DNA of 64,000 bases from NCBI RefSeq assembly GCF_006345805.1, contig NC_043001.1, positions 17,546,001 through 17,610,000 on the forward strand. Reading direction: 5' to 3'. The translations under genes and the position numbers were made by a program. Shown piece by piece: positions 23,986 to 36,085 of the stretch. The notes below the pieces were generated by a model, which saw nothing but the letters and a program-made list of their open reading frames with translations, was not told the origin of the DNA and made no database searches. The number at the start of each line of letters is the position of its first letter. Within the stretch, counting starts at the first letter, position 1. The DNA is from Octopus sinensis (Eukaryota).

Positions 23986-24480
23986 GTCTGTCTGTCTGTC
24001 TCTCAGCATTTATCTCCCTTTGTGCATGGCCAGCTCATCATATTGATGTCACCAAGATTATTACTCCATCTAATATCAGGGGTTTATCCCCTTAGCTAGG
24101 TTACAAAAACCTCATTTCCTGTCACGCAGAAGACAATAATAGGAGGTGGAATTTGAACTTAGAGCATAAAGATCTGGGGAAAGATACTGCAAGCTATCAT
24201 GAACAGGGCTCTCTCTATTCCTCTAATTTCCTTCTCTTATTTCGTACCTTATTTATCAACCCTCAAAATATTAAAGGTCAACTTGAACTCAGAACACAGA
24301 GAACTGAAACAAAACAAACATCATCATCATCATCATCGTTTAACGTCTACTTTCCATGCTGGCATGGGTTGGACGGTTTGACTGGGGACTGGCAAACCAG
24401 ATGGATGCACCAGGCTCCAGTCTTGATCTGACAGAGTTTCTACAGCTGGATGCCCTTCCTAATGCCAACCACTCCGATAA

Positions 24481-24850
24481 TCTATATCTGTAAACAGCAA
24501 AATGTCTGTCTGTGTGTGTGTGTGTCCTTTATACAAATCCACAATTTTTCACTAAGAGGACTCACACTTTCTATGGTCATTCAAAACCGTCCAAGGGTGG
24601 TCGTGCACATCTTTACATTTCCCCAGTCACCCTGCAAAGCCATTAAAAAATCAATAGAAGTGACTTTTTTGTGAATTTTCTACCCAAAACCCAATCAAAA
24701 TGCCTGAAACTTGATACGCCAATTGAATGCCAGCTAGCTGTATGTGATTGGTCGGAGATTTGGACAGTACTCGCGTGTATATGCACATGCACGCAGCTGT
24801 ATATGCATGCACTAGCTCTATGACCCGGCATTGCCAGGTCATAGTGCTAG
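24481..24850 (+). mobile_element. Non-autonomous Helitron (370 bp) in a PDHX intron
   Basis: A|TCTATATC... 5' end, 3' hairpin TATGACCCGGCATTGCCAGGTCATA, CTAG|T terminus, no TSD. Confidence 0.85.
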
Positions 24851-24993
24851 TCTAAGGATATTCTATTCTGATAATCTAATGACTCTGCTAATATGTCACA
24901 TAATAAATTATACATAGATTGTACTGGGACTTGAACAGTCCAATAAAATATTTTCTGATACTTATTTGTTTTTTTTTTCTCTAAATTCAACAG

Positions 24994-25152
24994 CGGGTGC
25001 CAGATATGAATGCCATAGTGAAAGATGGTAATCCTGTCCAATTACCATCTGTGGATATCTCAATAGCCGTGGCAACTCCAAATGGTCTCATTACACCAAT
25101 TGTCAAAAATGCCGTTACTCTTGGCATTTCTGATATTTCAAGCTCAGTCAAG
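24994..25152 (+). CDS. PDHX: PDHX exon: RVPDMNAIVKDGNPVQLPSVDISIAVATPNGLITPIVKNAVTLGISDISSSVK
   Basis: caacAG acceptor, GTAAGT donor, 159 nt; VDISIAVAT-x-x-GLITPIV motif. Confidence 0.94.
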
Positions 25153-27199
25153 GTAAGTAACCTGTCGTTTAATAACATTAATATTGAATTCATATTTTAG
25201 CACAAGGCCAGCAAGTTCTGGGGAGGAGGGGCTTGTCGATTACATCAAACCCAGTACTCCACTGGTACTTAGTTTTTCAACTCTGGAGAGATAAAAAGAT
25301 GAAGTCGACCTCGGCAGAATTTGAACTCGGAACGTAAAAACAGACAAGAATAATGCTAAGCATTTTGTCCAGCGTGCTAATGATTCTGCCAACTTGCCAC
25401 TTAATTTAATTACATTGAGATTAAAACAGAAAGATGTTCATCTCCAAAGATGATTCTAATGCTCTCTTTTTACTCTTTACTCTTTTACTTGTTTCAGTCA
25501 TTTGACTGCGGCCATGCTGGAGCACCGCCTTTAGTCGAGCAAATCGACCCCAGGACTTATTCTTTGTAAGCCTAGTACTTATTCTATCGGTCTCTTTTGC
25601 CGAACCACTAAGGGGACGTAAACACACCAGCATCGGTTGTCAAGCAATGTCGGGGGAAAAACACACACACACATATACATATATACTATGGGCTTCTTTC
25701 AGTTTCCGTCTACCAAATCCACTCACAAGGCTTTGGTCGGCCTGAGGCTATAATAGAAGACACTTGCCCAAGGTGTCACGCAGTGGAGCTGAACCCGGAA
25801 TCATGTGGTTGGTAAGCAAGCTACTTACCACACAGCCACTTCTGTGCCTATAATTCACAAATTTATAATTTTATGACTACGACCTGCCTCAGACATTTAA
25901 TATTGCCTTAATTCATTGTAAATTTATATTGGTTAAAATAAATCAGCCTAAGTTTTAAATTGAGGCTAAATTTTAAGATCTAAGGAAACTAGTTTGGCTG
26001 CATCAAGAAGTCACTAGCTGTATATGTTTGTATGCATAATGATTCAAATAGTACTCTTATTCATCATCATCATCGTTTAACGCCCGTTTTCCATGCTAGC
26101 ATGGGTTGCACGGTTCAACTGGGGTTTGGGAAGCCAGAAGGCTGCACCAGGCCCAGTCTGATCTGGTAATGTTTCTACGGCTGGATGCCCTTCCTAATGC
26201 CAACCACTCCGTGAGTGTAGTGGGTGCTTTTTACGTGCCAGACGAGGCTGGCAAACGGCCTCGATCGGATGGTACTCTTTACGTGCTACCGGCACGGAAG
26301 AAAGAAACGAGGCTCAGGTATTGCTTAGGGGTTAAGAAGTTCACTTGTCAACCAACATGTGGTTCTTGAATTCAGTCCCACTGCTTGGCATTTTGGGCAA
26401 ATGTCTTCTACAACAGTCTGGGGTCGATCAATGGCTTATAAGTAGATTTGGTGGACAGAAACTGAAAGAAAGGCGGTGAGCTGGCAGAAACGTTAGCACG
26501 CCGGGCGAAATACTCAGCGGTATTTCGTCTGCCGTTACGTTCTGAGTTCAAATTCCGCCGAGGTCGACTTTGCCTTTCATCCTTTCGGGGTCGATAAATT
26601 AAGTACCAATTACGCCCTGGGGGTCGATGTAATCGACTTAATCCCTTTGTCTGTCCTTGTTTGTCCCCTCTGTGTTTAGCCCCTTGTGGGTAGTAAAGAA
26701 ATAGGTATTTCGTCTGCCGTTACATTCTGAGTTCAAATTCCTCCGAGGTCGACTTTGCCTTTCATCCTTTCAGGGTCGATAAATTAAGTACCAGTTACGC
26801 AGTGGGGTTGATGTAATCCCCTTGTCTGTCCTTGTTTGTCCCCTCTGTGTTTAGCCCCTTGTGGGCAATAAGGAAATAAGAAACTGAAAGAAACCCGTTG
26901 TGTATGTTGAGATTCTTTCCTTTGTCTTGTGAGTTACTTTGGTGACCTCACTTCTGCCGGTGTCATGAAAAATGCACCCAGTACACTCAGTAAAGCGATT
27001 GGAGTACCTTTAGGAAGGACAATTAGCTGTAGAAACCATGTGTAAACTGATATTGGAATTCAGTGCAGTCCTCTGAGTCATTGGATCTTGTCAAACTGTC
27101 CAGTCCATGCTGATGTGGAAGACAGATGCGAAACTATGATAGCATGTGTGTGTGAGTGTGTGGATGCACATATGCCAATGTGTTTGTTTACATTTGTAG

Positions 27200-27532
27200 T
27201 CTTCTTCTTCTTCTTCTTCTTCTTCTTCTTCTTCTTCTTTTCTTCTTCTTCTTCTTCTTCTTCTTCTTCTTCTTCTTCTTCTTCTTTTCTTCTTCCTTCT
27301 TTCTTTCTTCTTCTTTTTTCTTCTTCTTCTTTCTTTCTTCTTCTCCCTTTTTTCTTTCTTCCTTCTCCCTTCTTTCTTCCTTCTTCTTCTTCATCCTTCT
27401 TCATCCTTCTTCTTCTTCTCCTTCTTCTTCATCCTTCTTCTTCTCATTTCTTCTTCTTCTTCTTCTTCATCTTCCTTCTTCTTCTTCTTCTTCATCCTTC
27501 TTCTTCTTCTTCTTCTTCTTCTTCTTCTTCTT

Positions 27533-27598
<66 letters not shown>
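27200..27598. repeat. Compound microsatellite: about 360 bp imperfect (CTT)n followed by (ATT)n
   Basis: Directly visible; source of the poly-F/S/L/K/E ORFs. Confidence 0.98.
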
Positions 27599-27600
<2 letters not shown>

Positions 27601-27749
27601 ACCCTCGCAGCTGAGAAACAAATGGGCTGGTTCTCTTGACCACCCAATCTTTGCTCATATTCCACCCTTAATTGTATTCTGAGCTTTTTTTTTCCTCTAT
27701 AATTTTATATTTTTTGTAATCGTTGTTTCCAAAACTATCTCTTCTCTAG

Positions 27750-27814
27750 GAACTTGCTGGAAGGGCACGAGAGGGAAAACTCCAGCTTCATGAATTTCAA
27801 GGAGGTTCATTTAG
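27750..27814 (+). CDS. PDHX: PDHX exon: ELAGRAREGKLQLHEFQGGSF
   Basis: ctctAG acceptor, GTGAGT donor, 65 nt, phase 0 to 2; AREGKL-x-x-x-EFQGGSF motif. Confidence 0.94.
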
Positions 27815-28140
27815 GTGAGTATCCTTTCTTTTATTCTCTTACTTGTTTCATTCATTTGACTGTGGCCATGCTGGAGCACCACCTTTAGTCGAGCAAATCG
27901 ATGCCAGGACTTATTCTTTGTAAGCCTAGTACTTATTCTATCAGATTAGGTGCTATGGATAACACTATCCCAAAGTGTGTATGTGACCAAGGACCACATG
28001 TGAACATGTATTTCCACTAAAACTCCAAACATGAATTCTCCAGCATTCGTGAGGGATTGTTGTGGAAATCTTTACTCAGAGTCAGCTCAACCCACCCCGG
28101 GTAAATGCTGTCTCAAGTACAAGTAGTACATAACTTTAAG

Positions 28141-28728
28141 AGGGTGTTACCTCACCTTCCATATTCACCAGATATTGCGCCTTCGGATTTCCACTTATTC
28201 AGGTCTCTGCAGAATAGTCTTAATGGTAAAAATTTCAATTCCTTGGATGACGTAAAAAGATACCTTGATGAATTCTTTGCCATGAAACCACCTCAATTCT
28301 GGGAAGAGGGTATTTTCAAGTTAAAGGAAAGATGGAGACGCATTGTGCAACAAAATGGTTCATATTATATATGTATCATCATCATCATCATCATCGTCGT
28401 TTAACGTCCGCTTTCCATGCTAGCATGGGTTGGACGATTTGACTGAGGACTGGCAAACCAGATGGCTACCCCAGGCTCCAATCTGGTCTGGCAGAGTTTC
28501 TACAGCTGGATGCCCTTCCTAATACCAACCACTCCGAGAGTGTTTTGGGTGTTTTTACATGCCACCGGCATGAGGGCCAGTCAGGCAGTACTGGCAACCC
28601 TTTCATTACCGTATTTATTTTGAGATGCTCTGTGATTCCTTCAATTGATTTTAAAAATGTAATGGCAAGTATTGGTTGACTTTTTCTTTCCTTTAAAAAT
28701 CGGCATGAACTTTCCGGACAACCCAATA
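28141..28728 (+). mobile_element. Mariner 3' fragment interrupted by an RTE-tail repeat, in the last PDHX intron
   Basis: VLPHLPYSPDIAPSDFHLFRSL...EEGIFKLKERWRRIVQQNG; the right TIR ...TTTCCGGACAACCCAATA ends at 28728. Confidence 0.85.
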
Positions 28729-28769
28729 TAATCATTTACATATTGTAATGTTTTTGTTTCTCTTTTCAG

Positions 28770-29172
28770 CATATCAAACCTGGGAATGTTTGGGATAAGT
28801 GAATTTTCTGCTGTAATCAATCCTCCACAAGTTGGAATACTGGCTATTGGTTCATCTCGTTTAGTGCCGATTACAAACAACACTGCCAAGACAATGATGA
28901 CCGTTGTATTGTCTTATGACCGGAGGGCTGTCAGTGAACACGAAGCAGCCATGTTTCTAGAGGCCTTCCAAGAAATACTCGAAAAACCTACTCTGATGCT
29001 TTCTGGAGGAGACACCCCAACACCCCGTGATAATCCAGTTTCAGAACCTGTCCCAAGCGAACCAGAAACTTCAGTCTCAGAATCTGAGAGTGTAGCCGTA
29101 AGCATGAAGGCGCCGAATACCGATTCGAATGTATTAGCAAAAGAAGCCCTTATAAAAAGTCTTATATTCTAG
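28770..29172 (+). CDS. PDHX: PDHX last coding exon: SISNLGMFGISEFSAVINPPQVGILAIG...LSYDRRAVSEHEAAMFLEAFQEILEKPTLML plus 56-aa extension, stop TAG
   Basis: ttttcAG acceptor, phase 2; SNLGMFG and INPPQ motifs. Arg replaces the catalytic His of E2 (DHR), which favours PDHX over DLAT. Confidence 0.92.
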
Positions 29173-32100
29173 AGTGCAATAATTGTGGAAGGTCCTCAGT
29201 TTCCGTGGCAAAAACATCAAAAGCTGTTGTATATCTGTTTCATACCATTTAAAATATTTCTTTTTTCTTTTCTTAATTTATCAACACATTTTCCTTTCAA
29301 AAATCAGATCCTTAGTACATATATCTATAAAAAATATCTAGAGTAAATTTGTTGTTGTTGTTGTTGTTGTTATTGTTATGTTTTAAGGTGGTGGATTAGC
29401 AAAAATCCTTAGTGTTTTAGGCAAAATGTCTTTTGGTATTTAATTACAGCCCTTTGCGTTCAGAGTTCAAATCTTGTTATCAACATTGCTGTCCATCGTT
29501 CTGAAGTCAACAAAATATAGTACCAATCCAGTCCTGGTGTCAATTTAATTGACTAACCTTCTGGCCTTGTGCTTATGTTATATAATATTATTATTATTAA
29601 TATTATTGTTATTATTATTATTATTAAAGGGTTAAAGCTATCAGGTACATTTTTCAAAGCAGTCAAGTTTATTTCAGATATTCTCATTTTAAAAACCATC
29701 TCCAACTAATCATTGCGAGTACGTTGGTGTTGCCTTGGCAGAAGTTTGTGCTCTCTGAGTGCTAGTGTTAATGTTTTGAACTGGCAGAGTCATTAAGATG
29801 CTTAGTACCATTTCATCCCTCTGTATGTTCTGAGTTCAAATTCTACTGAAGTTGACTTGGCTTTTCATCCTTTCGAGGTCATTAAAATAAGTACCAGTTG
29901 TGTAATGGAGTAGGTGCAACCAACTAGCCTCCTCACACATAAAGTTTCAGGTTTTGTGCCCATCATAGAATGGATCATGTTACCCTCTCCTCGAAACTAG
30001 CTATCTGCATGTGCTTTCCACCCTCATCATCTCAGTGTTTAAACTTCCAACTCAGTACTTGACACTTTTCTTAGTTCATGTAGTAAAATACATGTAATAT
30101 ATAATTCCAGATATATATAGCTTTACAGTTTACAGTTTATAGGTGCAGGAGTGGCTGTGTTGTAAGTAGCTTGCTTACCAACTACATGGTTCCGGGTTCA
30201 TTCCTACTGCGTGGCACCTTGACCAAGTGTCTTCTACTATAGCCTCAGGCCAAACAAAGCCTTGTGAGTGGATTTGGTAGACAGAAACTGAAAGAAGTTC
30301 ATTATATATATGTATATATATATATATGTATCATCATCATCATCATCATCGTTTAACATCCGCTTTCCATGCTAGTATGAGTTGGACGATTTGACTGAGC
30401 ACTGGCGAACCAAATGGCTACACCAGGCTCCAATCTGATCTGGCAGAGTTTCTGCCACTGGATGCCCTTTCTAATGCCAACCACTCCGAGAATGTAGTGG
30501 GTGCTTTTACGTGCCACCAGCACGAGGGCCAGTCAGGCGGTACTGGCAACGGCCATGCTCAAATGGTGTTTTTTACGTGCCACCTGCACAAGAGCCAGTC
30601 CAGCGGCATGTGTATATGTTTGTGTGTCTGTGTTTGTCCCCCCAACATCGCTTGACTGCCAATGCTGATGTGTTTATGTCCCCGTAACTTAGTGGTTCGA
30701 CAAAAGAGAATGATAGAAAAAGTACTAGGCTTCAAAAGAATAAGTCCTGGAGACGATTTGCTCGACTAAAGGCGGTGCTCCAGCATGGCTGCAGTCAAAT
30801 GACTGAACCAAGTAAAAGACATAAAAGAGATAAAAAAGTTCATAACTCAACAAATATGTGTGTGAGAGAGAGAGGAGAGCTTGTGTTGAGATTAGGGATA
30901 AAGTATAAATACACAATACTAAACTGGGGTGTAAATATTTATTGTAGCACTTATATCACTCTTTAGTACTCAGGGTTTTACATTTATCATAGGTAGGGGG
31001 TCTCTTTGAGCTAGTTTTCCACCACATTTCTTAAAAATCTTGGTAGAGGCCTTAGTCTCGGGACCACTCATGTCTAGAAACTGAAGTTGGGGTGAGCAAG
31101 GGCATTGTCCCTGTAGAAAATCCAGCTCCAAAAAGGCTGCATAATAGCAAAGAAGAATGGGCACCAGCCAGCCCAAAAGTTGGGGTGGGCTGCACCTGCC
31201 TACCTCGGTTACTATGGCATTGAGGTAGATCTGACCACCCCCATTAACAAGAACAAAACCCGGATTTAAAACACTGGATGATGATGATGATTGGTAATGT
31301 AGCAGTTACATAAATCTCCGAATAGTTGCAGAGGCTGAAGTGAACTTGATTCTTAGATGCACTTATGCTGCTGCAAGTTTTTAAGTGTTTAGGTGACCCT
31401 GCATAAGTAGGTTTGAGAAATGAAAGAGAAATGCATTTATAAATGCCTGATTATCTTGAAATTGCAGTTGAGAGATATTTAAACATTCAAATGATATTTA
31501 TGTGATAGTCGAGAAGTATTTTGAATATAAACTTTTATTCTTTTATTTATTTCAGTCATTTGACTGCGGCCATACTGGAGCACCGCCTTTTAGTTGAGCA
31601 AATCGATGCCAGGACTTTTTCTTTGTAAGACTAGTACTTATTCTATCAGTCTCTTTTTGCCAAACTGCTACTTTATGGCGAAAGAAACACACACACAAAT
31701 ACACACACACACACATACATATATATACATATACATATACACACACATATATATATATATATACACACACAATGGGCTTCTTTCAGTTTCCATCTACCAA
31801 ATCCACTCACAAGGCTTTGGTCAGCCCGAGGCTATAGTAGAAGACACTTGCTCAAGGTGTACTATAGAGCCAGAGGCGGTTTCAGCCGGGTTGGTATCAA
31901 AAGGTTTAAAGCTGACAGGTTCATTTTTAGTATTCTCGTTTGTGAGAGCAGTCGAGTTTATTTCAGATATTCTCATTTTAAAAATCATCCCTGGCTTATC
32001 ATTGCGAGGACGTTGGTGTTGCCTTGGCAGAATTTTGTGCTCTCTGAGTGCTAGTGTTAATGTTTTGAACTGGCAGAATCATTAGCACGCCAGGTAAAAG

Positions 32101-32389
32101 GCTTAGTGGCATTTCATCCCTCTGTATGTTCTGAGTTCAAATTCTACTGAAGTTGACTTGCTTTTCATCCTTTCAAGGTCATCAAAATAAGTACCAGTTG
32201 TGTAATGGAGTAGATGCAAACAAATAGCCTCCTCACATATTAAGTTTCAGGTTTTGTGCCCATCATAGAATGGATCATGTTACCCTCTCCTCTAAATTAG
32301 CTATCTGCATATGATTTCCGCCCTCATCATCTCTGTGTTTAAACTTCCAACTCGCTACTTGACACTTTTCTTAGTTTATGCAGTAAAAT

Positions 32390-33568
32390 CATCATCATCA
32401 TCATCATCATCATTGTTTTATGTCCGCTTTCCATTCTAGCATGGGTTGGACGATTTTGACTGAGGGCTGGCGAACCAGATTGCTGCACCAGGCTCCAATC
32501 TTAATCTGGCAGAGTTTCTACAGCTGGATGCCTTTCCTAACACCAACCTCTCCGAGAGTGTTGAGGGTGCTTTTTATGTGCCACCAGCATGGGGCCAGTC
32601 AGGTGGCAAGGCGACGCTGGTAACGATCACACTCGAATGGTGCCCTTTTATGTGCCACTGGCATGGAAGCCAATTAGCCGCTGTGTCAACAATCACACTT
32701 GTATGGTGCTCTTTGCACCCCACTAGCACGGATGCCAGTCATCAAATTTGATTTTGATTTCACTTGCCTCAACAGGTCTTCGCAAGCAGAGTTTAGTGTC
32801 CAAAGAATAAAAGGTACGCATAAGCGGCCTGGTTACGCTCCTGGCATAGGCCACAGGTTATGGTCTCATTTGGCTTGCCTGGTCTTCTCAAGCACAGCAT
32901 ATTTCCAAAAGTCTCGGTCGCTGGTCATTTCATTGGTGAGGCCTAATTTTCGAAGGTCATGCTTCACCACTTCATCCCAGGTCTTCCTGGGTGTACCTCT
33001 TCCACAGGTTCCCTCAACCACTAAGAAGTGGCACTTTTTCACACAGCTATCCCCATCCATTCTCGCCACATGACCATACCAGCGCAGTTGTCTCTCTTGC
33101 ACACCACATCTGATGCTTCTTAGGTCCAACTTTACTCTCAAGGTACCTACACTCTGTCGAGTATGCACAGACATTACACATCCATCGGATCATACTGGAT
33201 TCATTCCTTGCGAGCTTATGCATGTACTCAGTAGTTACGGCCCATGTTTCACTGCCATGTAGCATGGCTGTTCATACACATGTGTCATACAGTCTGCCTT
33301 TTACTCTGAGCGAGTGGCCCTTTGTCACCAGCAGAGGTAAGAGCTCTCTGAACTTTTCCCAGGCTATTCTTATTCTAGCAGCTACACTTTCAGCACACCC
33401 TTCCCTGCTACTGACTTGGTCACCTAGCTAACGGAAGCTATCAACTACTTCTAGTTTTTCTCCCTGGAATGTGGCAGAAGTTGTTCTCTGCACATTTTCA
33501 ATGTTTATTGCTCCTGAGTATCTGTCACACACAAAAACTATCTTCCCAATTAGCCTTCCTTTGATATT
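32390..33568 (-). mobile_element. Second copy of the same RTE LINE (3' fragment plus 3' UTR)
   Basis: ORFs 32866-33174 and 33047-33265 are closely similar to those at 3745-4155; (CAT)n tail at 32390. Confidence 0.9.
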
Positions 33569-33573
33569 CCTTT

Positions 33574-33972
33574 TCTACTATATGGCTCAGAAACCTGGAC
33601 GTTATCAAAGAAGCTTGAGAGGCGGTTGGATGGAACTTACACTCGCCTCCTTATGAGAGCTCAAAATCTCCTGTGGAAGCGTCATCCAACCAAAGTACAA
33701 ATATATGGGAAACTACCACCTGTATCATCTCTTGTGAAAGGTAGGAGAGTCCAGTTTGCTGGACATTGTTGTAGAGCTGAAAACGAGGTAATTTCTACTC
33801 TTCTCCTCTGGAAGCCATCTGCTCGCGATACCAGAGGGCGCACACTCTCCTACCCTGATGTAATCTCCAGGGATACAGGCATCCAGCAACAGGACCTCCG
33901 TAATGAACTGTGAAGTCTGGCGTAGCATAGTAAATTCTATTGTCTCGACCATGGTCGAACAATGATGATGAT
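33574..33972 (+). mobile_element. RTE/RTE-X-like LINE 3' fragment of a different family, (TGA)n tail, 11-bp TSD
   Basis: YGSETWTLSKKLERRLDGTYTRLL...RVQFAGHCCR...LLLWKP; GATATTCCTTT occurs at both 33563-33573 and 33973-33983. Confidence 0.85.
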
Positions 33973-34000
33973 GATATTCCTTTGATCATCTGGTACTATG

Positions 34001-34213
34001 GATATTATCCAACCATTTCATTCTTGCTCTACCTTTGGGTCTCCTGCCAGTTGCCTTCACTTGAAGAACCCATTTTGCGGTTATTTCTTGCAACGTTCTA
34101 ATCACATGTCCATAGTATCAGAGCTTTGACCTCTCGATGCAGAGAAGTAGAGTCTTGTCCTGGGGAGACCCTCTGATCTCCAAGTTATGCAGCCTGTCAA
34201 GTAACATTACTCC
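34001..34213 (-). mobile_element. Degenerate RTE-like LINE fragment (third family)
   Basis: Hand translation: IERSKL*YYGHVIR...WVLQVKATGRRPKGRARMKWLDNI. Confidence 0.7.
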
Positions 34214-34657
34214 CAAGATCCTTCAAAGGAACCCCTAAGACTAAATGATAATAAAACAGAGAGACTAATACAATTACCCCCCACCCCTCAGTGTACAGTA
34301 CTATCTTCAGGGCTCTGATTCATACTTTACAATCACTTTCCCATCATACGCAAACAATACACTTCTAACTTTTCCAATTTTGTACCAACCCATGATCAAG
34401 TGACAGCACTTTCTCACTTTACCAACTAACATAAATTCAAGGTCATATTTTGTTATAACATTGTTTCCTTGTGTACACAACATGACTGGCATTTAATTCT
34501 AAAACAATTCGTGTTTTCATCATCATATAGCTATTAGCAACTATTTTGTGTCACCACAAATCTATAACAACATGGATAGATTGTTTTTATCAATATTAGC
34601 TACAAGAAACATAAGCACGAACGCAGATGCAGCGTTCGGATTTATCTGAGGATTATT

Positions 34658-35425
34658 GTGACCGAGACCTTTGGAAATATGCTGTGCTTGAGAAACCTGG
34701 CAAGCCAAGTGAGACCATAACCTTGTGGCCTATGCCAGGGGTGTAATCGGCCCACTCATATGTACCTTTCCTTCATTAGACACTAAACTCTGCTTGCGAA
34801 GACCTGTTGAGGCAAGTGAAATCGAAATCAAATTCGATGACTTGCATCCGTGCTAGTGGAGCACCATCCGAGCGTGATCGTTGCCAGAGCAACAAACTGG
34901 CTTCCATGCTGGTGGCACATAAAAAGCACCATTCGAACGTGACCGTTACCAGCGTCACCTTATTGGCACTTGTCCCCCCATCATTGCTTCACAACTGATG
35001 CTGGTGTGTTTACGTCCCTGTAACTTAGCGGTTCGGCAAAAGAGACCGATGGAATAAGTAGTAGGCTTTGAAAGAATAAGTCCTGGGGTTGATTTATTCG
35101 ACTAAAGGTGGTGCTCCAGCATGGCCACAGTCAAATGACTGAAACAAGTAAAAGGTTGTTGCCAGTGCCGCTGGACTGGCTCCTGTGCAGGTGGCATGTA
35201 AAAAGCACCGTTTGAGCATGGCCGTTGCCAGTACTGCCTGACTGGCACGTAAAAAGCACCCACTACACTCTCGGAGTGGTTGGTGTTAGAAAGGGCATCC
35301 AGCTGTAGAAACTCTGCCAGATCAGATTGGAGCCTGGTGCAGCCATCTGGTTCACCAGACCTCAGTCAAAATCGTCCAACCCATGCTAGCATGGAAAGCA
35401 GATGCTAAACGATGATGATGATGAT
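34658..35425 (+). mobile_element. 5'-truncated RTE LINE copy (last codons plus 3' UTR), carrying an internal SINE segment
   Basis: Starts at the DRDLWKYAVLEK-coding segment and ends in ...GCATGGAAAGCAGATGCTAAAC(GAT)n. Confidence 0.75.
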
Positions 35426-35547
35426 GTCACCTCATATCTATAACAACATGGATGGATTGTTTTTATCACTATTAGCTACAAGAAACACAAACACAAGTGC
35501 ATATGCAGCATTCGGATTTATCTGAGGATTATTAATGAATGTTAGTG

Positions 35548-35906
35548 TTCCCAGAATTGAGGTGGTTTCATGGCAAAGAATTCATCAAGGTATCTTTTTA
35601 CGTCGTCCAAGGAATTGAAATTTTTACCATTAAGACTATTCTGCAGAGACCTGAATAAGTGGAAATCCGAAGGAGCAATATTTGGTGAATATGGAGGGTG
35701 GGGTAACACATCACAGCCGAGCTGCAGCAATTTTTATCTGGTCCCCAAAGCATCAAGTGCCGAAAATGAACTTTCTTATCTTTCATTTTAAAGGGTTACA
35801 GAATTAACACAGATTATAGGAACATAGACCTTCTTCCACGAAAAGATAGTTTAAACTGTGCTCTAAATGGAGGTGTAGTCAAGTCCTATTTTATGGACTC
35901 AACCAT
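35548..35906 (-). mobile_element. Inverted partial copy of the same deleted mariner
   Basis: Reverse complement of 36544-36897; ORF 35542-35730 contains HPPYSPNIAPSDFHLFRSL. Confidence 0.88.
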
Positions 35907-36085
35907 ACTGCTAGTCTGCATAACTTTGGTCTTTTCGTGGGTGATCCTTAGCAGTCAGTTCCATTTCATTATCATTTCTGCAGTTCCTTGTTATTCTTTG
36001 AGAACAGTGCAATAACATCAGCAAAATCCAGATCCGTATGATTTGGCTGGTATTTCCAGCCAACACCCAAGTTCACTGAATCAAT

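Noticed and set aside
27078-27658. Long ORFs of poly-F/S/L/K/E
   Set aside because: Translations of the (CTT)n/(ATT)n microsatellite inside a PDHX intron.
28105-28404. Active mariner transposase gene
   Set aside because: Only the C-terminal ~75 aa is present, interrupted by another repeat. All transposase and RT remnants in the window are truncated or frameshifted.
2709-29172. Calling the two-lipoyl gene DLAT (E2)
   Set aside because: It lacks the catalytic DHR-x-x-DG motif (has DRRAVSE), and exon sizes fit PDHX. A phylogeny would be decisive.
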